DNA from: a virus
Length of the DNA: 48,583 nucleotides
Virus record (IMG/VR): IMGVR_UViG_3300045988_178905
Direction: 5' to 3' (one strand)
Part shown: positions 24,947 to 34,279 of the stretch, piece after piece
Numbering within the stretch: the stretch's first letter is position 1
Layout of the letters: the number at the start of each line of letters is the position of its first letter
The notes under the pieces: generated by a model
The model's database searches: none
Told to the model about the DNA's origin: nothing
Seen by the model: the letters and a program-made list of their open reading frames with translations, nothing else
Program-made: the position numbers and the translations under genes

Positions 24947-27900
24947 TTATTTATATAACCTCGCATTACCTATACCATTCTTACCAAGTTGTTTGGCAGA
25001 AACTGCTTCAGTAATACATTGTGTTGTCTTTCCGTTCCTGAGAATTTCTTCTCGTAATTGTCTACCAAAGGTTTCAACATCGTTGACACCTTCCATTTTG
25101 ATATCACCAATCTGGATAGTAGTATTTCCAGAGTTGCTTACATTCCTTGACATATCAGGTAACTTCGTAAACTGACTTGTAATTCCCATCTGTGCAGGAT
25201 TCATCTGTGCCATTTTCCAAAGATTCTCAGTCATCTCATTTGTGAACACTTTATCTCCTGGATTAAGTTTTGTTAAAACTGCACCGTCAGAAGCACGATA
25301 AATCATTTCTCGTTTATCTTCTTGTGTCCATGCTAATTGACGCTTATCAATATGTTTTGAGCCTTTTTCGTAACCTTTAAGACTTACTAAATCTTTATCA
25401 AGTTGTGCCGACTGCTTATCAAGATCAGCTATGAATTGTTGCAACATATCTTTGTTATGAGTTACATCCTGTATCATAGCATTGAGTCCACTCTTTTTCT
25501 CGATATAATTATTTTTTAAATCCTGTAGTTTATCTTTATTCTTCGTAGAAGATTTTTCAAACTGGTATTTATTTTCTATAGAATTCAATTCACCGTATAA
25601 CTGTTTTAACTGACTTTCAAGTTCCTTAATCTGATTTTGAAAAGACTGCCTCTGACCATTAATTGCTTTTTTCTTTTGTGCGATTCCGTTTTTCTTTTTA
25701 GCTATATCAGCCTCTTTCGCAGGATCATAACTGCTAGTATCAGTTTTAGAATTAACCTTATTTTGATCATTAGTCACAGTATTATGAACGTAATCTTTTG
25801 CGGCTTGACCACCATCGCCACCATTCGTGGTACTAGAACCAATTTGATCTTTTGTATCATTTGTAAGATTAGAATCTAATCCCTTAATTGTTTCAATAAT
25901 ATCACTGCCAAGAAGAGTTTTAATCTCATCAAGAATAGTATTTGTATCATTGAGCTTTTCATCAATGAATTCCTGGTAATCATTCATTAAATCATCAAGC
26001 ATATCCTCAGTATCGGAAATGAATTTTTCGTATTGTGTATCTTTTAAATCGCTTTTAGCTTCTTCAAGCTGTACTTTTAGTTTCTGAATTTGTGCACGAG
26101 ATTCCTCAGAATCATTACCATTGTAAGCAGTTAACTGTTTCTGTAAAGAAGCAATAGTCTTTGTTTTTTCAGCAATTTCCTTTTGATATTTATAGGCTTC
26201 AAGTTCGGAGTCTTTCAGTTTCTTGTATTTATCAATCAACTCGCTCAATGCATCAGTTTGAGCTTCGTAACCCTGTTTTACCAAATCCTGAATTGACTGT
26301 AATTCATCTTCGGCAGATTTCTTCGCATCTCTATGAGCATCCTGTAAATCACGCAGACGTTGAATAACATTTTCGTCAGACAGGGATAATTCACCCTTTT
26401 CTATCTGTCTCATAATCTTGTTATATTCACGTTGATACTCATCTGCCTGTGCAAGATAATTATCATAATTTGTTTTATGCAGACCAATAGTAGCTGTGCC
26501 ATATTTTGTAAAGTTACCAGTGTCTTTATCCGTCATATCTTTATGGCTCATAAGATCAATATAATAATCATTTTCACTGTTGATACGTTTTACAGTTTCC
26601 ATAGATTTATCAAAAGCATCCCATTTTAACTGACGAAGAGCATTCTGATATTCAACGATAGACTGTGTAGACTCGTCTATAGCATTTGTTACTTCGTTGA
26701 TTGCAGAAACCATTTCATGCCATTCATCGCTGCCTTTTTTGATAGAACCTTTGATAACAGCATCATTTAGACTCTTTTGAAGATCTTTTCTTTCTTTAAT
26801 AAGTTTGTTTTTCTCACCTTTTTCAGAGGAGATAAGAGACTTATAATAAGCCGCACTTATCTGTTTGCCCTGTTCTTGTGCGAGTGAAATCTTATTATTA
26901 AGTGCTGTCTTTTTCTGCTCGTTGCTAGAAATTTTGTTGTCGTAATCACTTGAGATATTATCAAATTTTTCTTTCGCAAGATCTGCTTTATCCTGTTTTG
27001 CTGTTTCTTTATACAGGTCAGCAGTTGCTTTGTCTGATTGTTTTGCATCCCAATATGCATTGTACTGTACACATGCATTGTAGAGCTTACCATTATCATT
27101 CAGTTTAGAAGCCTTGTCCAATAAAGATTGTGAAATACGTTTGTCAGCTTTTGCAGCTTTCTTGATAGAAGCAAGAACCTTTTTATTTTCTTTAGTGGAT
27201 TTGAATTTACCGATCGTTTTCTTTGCAGATTTGAGATTTTTATTATCAGTTGTTACAACAGAATTATATATATTCTGTCTCTTTGTGATATTAGAAATCT
27301 TTTTATTAATCAACTTATTCTTTGTCTTTGCAGACGTAGCATTGTCAATTTTAGCATCATACAATTCGTCTTGGGAATCATATTTCTCTGTCTTTTTATC
27401 AGCAGTAGCTTTTGCTAATTCAGCAGCGGCAGTAGCATTTTCCTGCATTTGCTGTTTCAAATCAATCAGAGAAGCTTTGTTCGAATCAATACGCTCATTA
27501 TACTCATACCAAGCTTCAGAGCCTTTTGTCACTGTTTTCTGTAACAATTTTAACTGCTCATCTTGCTTGATAATAAAGTCAATCTGCTTTTGGATATTTT
27601 TGTTCATACTATCATAGTTCTTAGTATTTGCAGAAAATCCCCATGATTCTTTTAAAGAGATCCATTTCTCCATGCGGTCATTCGCATTTTCAACTTTTGT
27701 AGAAAGCTTTTCATACTGAGTGATAAGTAATTCGATACTTGCTTGAGTTAATTCAAGCTGTTTATCTTTTAACTCATCTATTTTATCCAAACAATCCTGC
27801 GCTTTATCGTACCAACTCTGATAGTCTTTGATTTGCTGTTTTACAGTATCATCTGAATAATCCCATATATTAGAAGCTCCACCACGAACAGCAGAAGCAA

Positions 27901-30900
27901 TATCTTCATTAAGACCAACTTCATTTGCTTTCTGCATATATTTGTTGTAATCATCTGTGAGAAGTTCAATGCCAAATGTTGCAGCGTTTAAAGCCTCTTT
28001 ATATGCATTTAAACGAGATGTGAACGAAGAAGAAGTTTTGTCTACTTTATCTTCGAGTTTAGAAAATGCTTTATCAAAACGATTGATACCATTTTCAATA
28101 AAATCAAATGTTTCTGCAACAGCTTCTTTTACATCTTTTGCAGCATCCTTGGCTGCTTTTGCAGCATCATTGACCGCTTTACTTGTAGCAGAGCCACCAG
28201 AATAATTAGCATAAAAATTGGATGCGTCAAGATTGTATGCACCATTTTTTATATCGTCTAATGTCTTTGCAAGTGTATCCGTAGCATCCTGTACAGCATC
28301 TTTCGTCTTCTGTGCCTGTTGCTGTTTTGCAAACTGGTCAATCTTAGAATTCCCGCTAGAAGGTGTATTTAATTTCCCAGGGTTCAGAAGATTAAGGCTA
28401 TTCATCCCACCGCCAGAGTTTGCCCATTTATCAATCTTCGCATTACTAAGAGAAGCTAACGCAGTTTTTAATGCTGCAATCTGAGCTGCACTTGCACCTG
28501 CCGCATTTGCGATAGCAATAATGTTATCTACATCGGCTTTTGTGTCCAGCTTAATATTATTAATATCAATTTTTGACAGTGCTAAATTAGCAAGATACTG
28601 TTGTGTCTCCTGAGAAGCGTTACCTTCAGCAATTAATGCAGAAATTTCTTCCCATGTTGCATTCGCAAGATCAATACATCCATTAGCTGTAGCATATTTC
28701 TGTGCTGCTAAACGAGCCTCGACCATTTCTTCTGCATTGGCTACGCCCATCTGTTCAAGCATAGCAACAGTGCCAGCTTTTGTATCTTCTGTAAGATTTT
28801 TCATTACATCTGAATTATTGATATATTCAGTTGTAAGTTTATTAAAAGCAGATTGACATGCACCTAAGTCGGAAGGTGAATTTGCAATTGTTTTAATAAA
28901 ATCATCATAAACGCTTCCTAATTCACCAAATTGTTTTTTGAAATCTTCATTATTAAGAATAGAAGACCAATCAAAATCTTCTTTATCGTATACATCAGCA
29001 TAGATTTTATCTAATTGGTCTAAACCTTCGGAGAGGGCTTGAACTTGTGCAAGTGTACCAGTAAATGTTTTTGAAAAGTCCTCTTGATTCAACAATTCAT
29101 CTACTTTATCAAGTTCGTTCTCCAGAGGAATGCTGTAATAGCCTTCAAACTCAGGAACTGTCGATAGATAATTGTTAATCGCATCGGTAATCTCCTTTTC
29201 GTTTCCAATAAATTGTTCGCTTGCAACTGCTGTATCAATCAGCTCTTGCTTAAATTTGTTAAAATCTTCTTCTGTCTTAGGTAATTCATTACCCTGTAAC
29301 GCTGTCAACATTGTCTGTTGAGCCAAGTTTTCATTTAAGTTATCAATAGATGAATTGTATGCCTCTACTGATTCCTTCATCTCACTATATCTACTATAGA
29401 TAGAATTAAACAGTGAATTGTCTGATAATTCATCAGCCGTGAATGCTTCTGAATCTCTTAATGCGTTTACTGCATCTTCAAGTTTTTTGTAATTTTCTAA
29501 TGCTCCCTCAACTGTATCATCGCCAATTAAAACCAACTGACCACCACCAGTACCATATGAACCACTATCAATTACACCAGCTTTTTCAAGCTCTTTAAAT
29601 GCTTTTACTGCTTCTTCTCCCGATGCACTAATAATGTTGTTAGTACCCCAGAAGTTGTCTTTTGCAACATCCATCAACTCTTCTTTTGCTGCATTTACAC
29701 CAGCAATCAAGTCTGTCTGTTGATTTTTCAATGAATCAATGCTTGCTTGTTTAATGGCATTTGATAATGAACCATACTTTGCAATTAAATCATCAATGCT
29801 TTCTCCTTCAAGTCCAAGTTTCTTTAATAACTCTGTCTGTGTAGTCATTAAGTCTTCTTTAGCACTTGCATCTGTTTTTACCGCATCCGATAATTGGATG
29901 TATTTGTTTGCTAATGTAGCAATCTCGTCACCTAATGTATTGGCTGCATCTGCTGCTTCTTTAGCTTTTTGTCGTGCTTCCTCTACAGCTTGATTATGCT
30001 TAGATACTGCGGATGTTACTGCACTAACTCCAAGACTTATACCCATAAGTACAATTCCTACTGGATTGCTAAGAAATACACTCTTTAATGTAGCACCAAG
30101 TCCAGTCATAGCCGCTTTCAGCGAAAATGTACTTGCTGTACTAGTTGTATTAGCTGCGGTCTGTGCATTTGTCGCTTGCGTCAGATTCATCTCAGCAAGT
30201 TTCTGTAATGCCATCTCTTTTGTCATACCTTGCATCTGTAAAATACGCACTCTGTCAGCCTGAGTAAGTGTGTTTGTGGCTAATACATTTCTTAACTGTT
30301 CTGTTGTCAATGTACTTGTTGCCTGTGCAATACTCTTTAATGCCTGGAATCTAGCAGATAAGTTACCATTCGGAACATTACTTGCCATCTGTAAGGCTTT
30401 TCCATATTGCTCTACTTGTTTTGTAGCTGTAATGAGTGCCATACCACCAGTAGCAATAAACTTACCAAGATTGAGTGCAATTACACCTTTTAGCGTACCT
30501 TCTACAATTCCCCAATTATTAGCAAATTCCAAAACTGCCGAACCTAAATTGGCAAGGTCACGTACTGTATTACCATTGATAATACTCTGATATGTCTCTG
30601 TAAGAGTGTTAGAAAACCTCTGACACGCTGCGTCAGCACTGGTCATCCAAGTTTGATACTCTTCTGTAGCACTTCCTGCACTATTGATTGCATCTTCATA
30701 AGCTGATGCAGATTCCTTCATACCAGATAAAATAGCGGCACCTGCTGCACTTCTCGATTTACCGAACATAGTCTCAAGAACATTCGCACGTGAGGTATCA
30801 TCCAACTTATCCATAACTTGTGAAATCTCGTATAACTGGTCATAATAAGATTTGAATGTATGCTCATCTTCCATAATATCAACACCAGTTAATGCCATGA

Positions 30901-32143
30901 GCTTTTCACGCAAGTTACTTGTGGCTGTTGCTAAATCGTCAACTTCTTCGCCCATCTCCTGCAACTCTTCAATAGCATCTGTATCACCAGATGAAGCTCT
31001 CATTCTTAATGAACCGATCTTTGCTGTGTTACCGAGGTATGACGGATCATTATAGTATTTATTTGCTGTAGCAAACATTGTAGCAGCTTGTTCAATACTC
31101 ATATGTGCTTCTGTCAATGTACCAGCCGATAATCTAATGCTTTCGGCTAACCCTTCCGCATCAATACTGTACTTGTTTGACATATTATTGATGAGGTCTG
31201 TATAGGCTTCAAGTTTCTTGTCCATCTGGTCGTTTCCATAACCACCAATTTCATCAAATGAAGCAATAGAAGTCTTAATTGAACCGATTGCCGTATCAAT
31301 GTCTACATCTCCAACGTTTGATAAGATGTTCGCCCACTTCGCCCCAAGTTCCGCATCGTCTAAATCCCAACCAAGTTTTTTGAGCTCTGTCACAGCATCA
31401 ATCAATGAACCAACTTTTACATTAAGTTCCTGTGCCTTGCTAAGAGATTTATCAAAATACTTATATAATGCGTCTCTGTCAGAAATTTCATCTGTTACTT
31501 TCTGAAGATTTACAAGACTATCATCTAATGTCTTTGCTTCGGTTGCTGCATTTCTGACCTGATTAGAAATGGCATAAACAAGACTTGCACCACTAAAAAA
31601 TTTCGTATAACTCTTAACAGATTCTTTAAATTTACTTCCCCAAGTCATACCTGCATTATTCGTTGCTACAAGCTCCGTCTTAAATGCCGATAACTCACCT
31701 CTGAGAGTTTTTAATTCACCTGTACTCTTTGCTACATTAGCAGCATTAAGCAACTGATTGTATTTAGCGGTCATTTCATGATTATTGAAAAGTTTGTTGT
31801 TGTTTCTTCCCAGAATCTTAATCTGGTTCACTAACTGTTGCTTGCTTGTATCAAAGTTCAGATGAACCTTATTATTATTTGCAACCCTCTGTGCGTTGTT
31901 AATTGCCTGTTTGGTTGCCGACTGTACACCTTTTGTATTTACATTCGGTGTGATGTTGAATGTAAGATTATTTAATCCCTTCAACTGTGCTTTGATTGCT
32001 TTCCTTGTCTTTGACATATCAAGGTTTCCAATCAGCTTGACGTACATATCGCCAAGACTTTTTGCGTCTGACTTAATCTGTTGCTTGCTTTTCGTTTTGC
32101 TAAGACCAGCAACAAGATTTACAATAAAGTCATTTACTGCCAT
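24947..32143 (-). CDS. Phage tail tape-measure protein (~2398 aa)
   Basis: Trimmed to MAVNDFIVNL (AAGGAGG RBS; coordinate +/-1). Minor-tail/TP901-type core ...NNMSNKYSIDAEGLAESIRLSAGTLTEAHMSIEQAATMFATANKYYNDPSYLGNTAKIGSLRM. Hydrophobic Gly/Ala-rich segments (GIVLMGISLGVSAVTSAV) and very long coiled coils. C-terminal GYEKGSKHIDKRQLAWTQEDKREMIYRASDGAVLTKLNPGDKVFTNEMTENL resembles the canonical TMP C-terminus. Confidence 0.85.
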   Translation of the reverse strand: MAVNDFIVNLVAGLSKTKSKQQIKSDAKSLGDMYVKLIGNLDMSKTRKAIKAQLKGLNNLTFNITPNVNTKGVQSATKQAINNAQRVANNNKVHLNFDTSKQQLVNQIKILGRNNNKLFNNHEMTAKYNQLLNAANVAKSTGELKTLRGELSAFKTELVATNNAGMTWGSKFKESVKSYTKFFSGASLVYAISNQVRNAATEAKTLDDSLVNLQKVTDEISDRDALYKYFDKSLSKAQELNVKVGSLIDAVTELKKLGWDLDDAELGAKWANILSNVGDVDIDTAIGSIKTSIASFDEIGGYGNDQMDKKLEAYTDLINNMSNKYSIDAEGLAESIRLSAGTLTEAHMSIEQAATMFATANKYYNDPSYLGNTAKIGSLRMRASSGDTDAIEELQEMGEEVDDLATATSNLREKLMALTGVDIMEDEHTFKSYYDQLYEISQVMDKLDDTSRANVLETMFGKSRSAAGAAILSGMKESASAYEDAINSAGSATEEYQTWMTSADAACQRFSNTLTETYQSIINGNTVRDLANLGSAVLEFANNWGIVEGTLKGVIALNLGKFIATGGMALITATKQVEQYGKALQMASNVPNGNLSARFQALKSIAQATSTLTTEQLRNVLATNTLTQADRVRILQMQGMTKEMALQKLAEMNLTQATNAQTAANTTSTASTFSLKAAMTGLGATLKSVFLSNPVGIVLMGISLGVSAVTSAVSKHNQAVEEARQKAKEAADAANTLGDEIATLANKYIQLSDAVKTDASAKEDLMTTQTELLKKLGLEGESIDDLIAKYGSLSNAIKQASIDSLKNQQTDLIAGVNAAKEELMDVAKDNFWGTNNIISASGEEAVKAFKELEKAGVIDSGSYGTGGGQLVLIGDDTVEGALENYKKLEDAVNALRDSEAFTADELSDNSLFNSIYSRYSEMKESVEAYNSSIDNLNENLAQQTMLTALQGNELPKTEEDFNKFKQELIDTAVASEQFIGNEKEITDAINNYLSTVPEFEGYYSIPLENELDKVDELLNQEDFSKTFTGTLAQVQALSEGLDQLDKIYADVYDKEDFDWSSILNNEDFKKQFGELGSVYDDFIKTIANSPSDLGACQSAFNKLTTEYINNSDVMKNLTEDTKAGTVAMLEQMGVANAEEMVEARLAAQKYATANGCIDLANATWEEISALIAEGNASQETQQYLANLALSKIDINNIKLDTKADVDNIIAIANAAGASAAQIAALKTALASLSNAKIDKWANSGGGMNSLNLLNPGKLNTPSSGNSKIDQFAKQQQAQKTKDAVQDATDTLAKTLDDIKNGAYNLDASNFYANYSGGSATSKAVNDAAKAAKDAAKDVKEAVAETFDFIENGINRFDKAFSKLEDKVDKTSSSFTSRLNAYKEALNAATFGIELLTDDYNKYMQKANEVGLNEDIASAVRGGASNIWDYSDDTVKQQIKDYQSWYDKAQDCLDKIDELKDKQLELTQASIELLITQYEKLSTKVENANDRMEKWISLKESWGFSANTKNYDSMNKNIQKQIDFIIKQDEQLKLLQKTVTKGSEAWYEYNERIDSNKASLIDLKQQMQENATAAAELAKATADKKTEKYDSQDELYDAKIDNATSAKTKNKLINKKISNITKRQNIYNSVVTTDNKNLKSAKKTIGKFKSTKENKKVLASIKKAAKADKRISQSLLDKASKLNDNGKLYNACVQYNAYWDAKQSDKATADLYKETAKQDKADLAKEKFDNISSDYDNKISSNEQKKTALNNKISLAQEQGKQISAAYYKSLISSEKGEKNKLIKERKDLQKSLNDAVIKGSIKKGSDEWHEMVSAINEVTNAIDESTQSIVEYQNALRQLKWDAFDKSMETVKRINSENDYYIDLMSHKDMTDKDTGNFTKYGTATIGLHKTNYDNYLAQADEYQREYNKIMRQIEKGELSLSDENVIQRLRDLQDAHRDAKKSAEDELQSIQDLVKQGYEAQTDALSELIDKYKKLKDSELEAYKYQKEIAEKTKTIASLQKQLTAYNGNDSEESRAQIQKLKVQLEEAKSDLKDTQYEKFISDTEDMLDDLMNDYQEFIDEKLNDTNTILDEIKTLLGSDIIETIKGLDSNLTNDTKDQIGSSTTNGGDGGQAAKDYVHNTVTNDQNKVNSKTDTSSYDPAKEADIAKKKNGIAQKKKAINGQRQSFQNQIKELESQLKQLYGELNSIENKYQFEKSSTKNKDKLQDLKNNYIEKKSGLNAMIQDVTHNKDMLQQFIADLDKQSAQLDKDLVSLKGYEKGSKHIDKRQLAWTQEDKREMIYRASDGAVLTKLNPGDKVFTNEMTENLWKMAQMNPAQMGITSQFTKLPDMSRNVSNSGNTTIQIGDIKMEGVNDVETFGRQLREEILRNGKTTQCITEAVSAKQLGKNGIGNARLYK

Positions 32144-32358
32144 AAATCTTTTTCCTCCTTTTTGAATTTTTCTTATTGACAATTCCATTTCCCATCTGAT
32201 ATAATCAAAATGGTTTATTTTACTCATTTTGTCGCATAAAAAATAAAAGGTTGTGAGATAAACACTCACACATAATTGGAATTTCTGATTGAATTATCAT
32301 AGAAAAATAGAATTGATATTTATTATATAAACGCATAGAAACGTAAATATCTGAAGGA

Positions 32359-32535
32359 TTATTTTTTCTGGTCTAAATAATTTCTGATCTTGTTTTCCAC
32401 TTCATCCGTCATAAGAAGTTTCCCATGCAGAAAATTACTTAGTTTTGAACCACTCATATCGATTTCGTCTGCAACAAAGGATTTCTTCAATCCATTCTTT
32501 TTAATGTAGTCGTTTAATTCTTGTTGTAAACTCAC
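32359..32535 (-). CDS. Small HTH protein (58 aa, GTG start)
   Basis: AAGGAG-6nt-GTG. LKKSFVADEIDMSGSKLSNFLHGK is an XRE-like HTH. Confidence 0.6.
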   Translation of the reverse strand: MSLQQELNDYIKKNGLKKSFVADEIDMSGSKLSNFLHGKLLMTDEVENKIRNYLDQKK

Positions 32536-32574
32536 ATAATACTCCTTTCTGCCAACAAAAATTTTTGGCATAAT

Positions 32575-32613
32575 AAAAAGGTAAAGCAGCTAGTACGACC
32601 GAACCACTTTACC
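32575..32613 (-). terminator. Terminator-like hairpin ending the RNAP operon transcript
   Basis: Minus strand GGTAAAG-20nt-CTTTACC followed by TTTTT. Confidence 0.5.
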
Positions 32614-32823
32614 CTTTTATGGGGTGTCATATAAACTGTTTTTCGTGTGCCAATATCATTTATTGTTTTGAATACGATACTATTTTTATGAAATACACAA
32701 GCTGTTTGAGGACTTATGTATCTTTGAAGAAGTACACTCATAACTTGTCGGTGTCAAACTCACCTTCAAGCCCAATTTATATGTCTTTCCATATATATGC
32801 GAAAATAATCACTCCAAGAAAAC

Positions 32824-32841
32824 CCTTATTTTAAGCCATTT
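32824..32841. repeat. 18-bp direct repeat CCTTATTTTAAGCCATTT, copy 2
   Basis: Exact match to 22243-22260 in the same orientation. Confidence 0.9.
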
Positions 32842-32893
32842 GCAGGACTTTAACTTGCGAAAATATGTTCGATTTTACGAAAACTAACACGAA

Positions 32894-34279
32894 CTATCGT
32901 CTGTTACACTTATCGCAATTACCAGTACCATTCCCCATCTGCTTTGCATAAAACATCCTACCGCATGAGGAACATCTTTTAACCGCCTTATATTTCATAT
33001 AGACACGCTCATTATCCTTTTTCAGAATCTGCACTTTATTCTTCTTACTATCAATGATAAATACGTTTACTTCCTGTCCTTCCTTGTATTTACCATTAGA
33101 AGTGAATGGGTACTCTCGCCCTTTATCCTCAATAAAAACTTTTCCCGACTTACTTCTTGTATCATATGATTGTATGATACCTTTTTTTATGTCCTTTTCT
33201 TTCGGCTGTTCCAATACATCAAACTCACCAAATGCCACTACAAATATCTGCTCCCATATATTTTCAAAATCAGTTATTACAAGTGCCACTTCTTCATTAT
33301 CTGCATTATCCCTATCAACACAAAAGGTCATACGATAATACATATTTACTTCTATCTCTCTAGGAACTGCCACTTTCGGCAATACCTTTTCAAAATATCC
33401 ATCGTCCTGTAATTTCTTATAATCTTGAATCATAGCTTTGCTGTCACTTCTGCCCTCAACTTCAACAATCGGATTATATTCAAGCAATCGTTCCATGATA
33501 TACACCGCATAATCCCTATGATTATAATATCTGTTCTGATCCGCTTTCTGCCATGCCAATAATAGACAAGCTAATCTTACTATCCTGCGACCATCTTTAT
33601 CATTGGTGCGATACTTCTTACTGATTTCCTTTATCTTCTGAATCTCACTCTTGTATATCACAATCGGTTTGTCATTAAAAAATACCTCACAATCACGATC
33701 TTGTTTTGTGTCGTTCAAATACTCTCTGATAAAGTTTACCAGTGATTCACTTTTCTTAGGATTTCCGTCTTTATCATAAGAATCGACTTCATATAGATTT
33801 TTGAAAATCTTTTTACTCTTTCTATCCTTATTCTTTTCATCTGCAATATACTCTTCATTGGTGTATAAGCAAAGTCGCTCCATAATTTCATCTTTTCTGG
33901 TCTTGAAAACCTCTTCAATATCATCAATCGTCCAATCTTTCTTGCCTGTCATTTTGACAATATCATATTTTATCATCTTCTCTATTGTACGAGGCTTATA
34001 TGTAGGTATTTTGCGGATATATTCATACTCTCTGACATTGATTTTGTCATTAAGTATTTTATCCAATAGTTGTTTATCCGTAATATTTAAGGCTCTCTTT
34101 ATATGTGCAAAATGCAGCAGTATTTGCTTTTTCTGCTCTTCCTCTGATAAGCTGTCGTAATTCTCAATAACATCATGGATTACAGCAAGGTTGTCCTTGC
34201 CATAATCAAATGTTTTCATTATGCTTCTACATTTATATTCGTCTGAAAAATCAGCACATAGTATATTACTTCTAATCAT
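32894..34279 (-). CDS. Unknown protein translationally coupled to the RNAP gene (461 aa); OB/S1-like segment plus C-terminal zinc ribbon
   Basis: Start at MIRSNIL (GAGGAGG-6nt-ATG, with ATGATTAG overlapping the RNAP stop). GIIQSYDTRSKSGKVFIEDKGREYPF...EGQEVNVFII. C-terminus CSSCGRMF...CDKCNRR. Confidence 0.7.
   Translation of the reverse strand: MIRSNILCADFSDEYKCRSIMKTFDYGKDNLAVIHDVIENYDSLSEEEQKKQILLHFAHIKRALNITDKQLLDKILNDKINVREYEYIRKIPTYKPRTIEKMIKYDIVKMTGKKDWTIDDIEEVFKTRKDEIMERLCLYTNEEYIADEKNKDRKSKKIFKNLYEVDSYDKDGNPKKSESLVNFIREYLNDTKQDRDCEVFFNDKPIVIYKSEIQKIKEISKKYRTNDKDGRRIVRLACLLLAWQKADQNRYYNHRDYAVYIMERLLEYNPIVEVEGRSDSKAMIQDYKKLQDDGYFEKVLPKVAVPREIEVNMYYRMTFCVDRDNADNEEVALVITDFENIWEQIFVVAFGEFDVLEQPKEKDIKKGIIQSYDTRSKSGKVFIEDKGREYPFTSNGKYKEGQEVNVFIIDSKKNKVQILKKDNERVYMKYKAVKRCSSCGRMFYAKQMGNGTGNCDKCNRR

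Larger units (their letters stand above)
22243..32841 (-). mobile_element. Candidate nested integrative module (attL-int-xis-...-TMP-HTH-attR), ~10.6 kb
   Basis: Perfect 18-bp direct repeats bracket a block whose terminal genes are xis-int, reading toward one repeat. The DNA just outside the int end is degraded (pseudogene 21385-21805). Confidence 0.35.

Noticed and set aside
24861-32165. More than a dozen plus-strand ORFs (60-167 aa) inside the tape-measure gene region
   Set aside because: All are antisense to a continuous 2400-codon ORF. They translate to low-complexity Ser/Ala/Phe/Leu-rich strings and lack RBSs. They are typical shadow ORFs of a long, compositionally biased gene.
32532-32834. 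ORFs 32532..32741 (-) and 32619..32834 (+) between the RNAP operon and the small HTH gene
   Set aside because: They have no RBS and implausible sequences. The region is better explained as a 3' UTR/terminator plus the 18-bp repeat.
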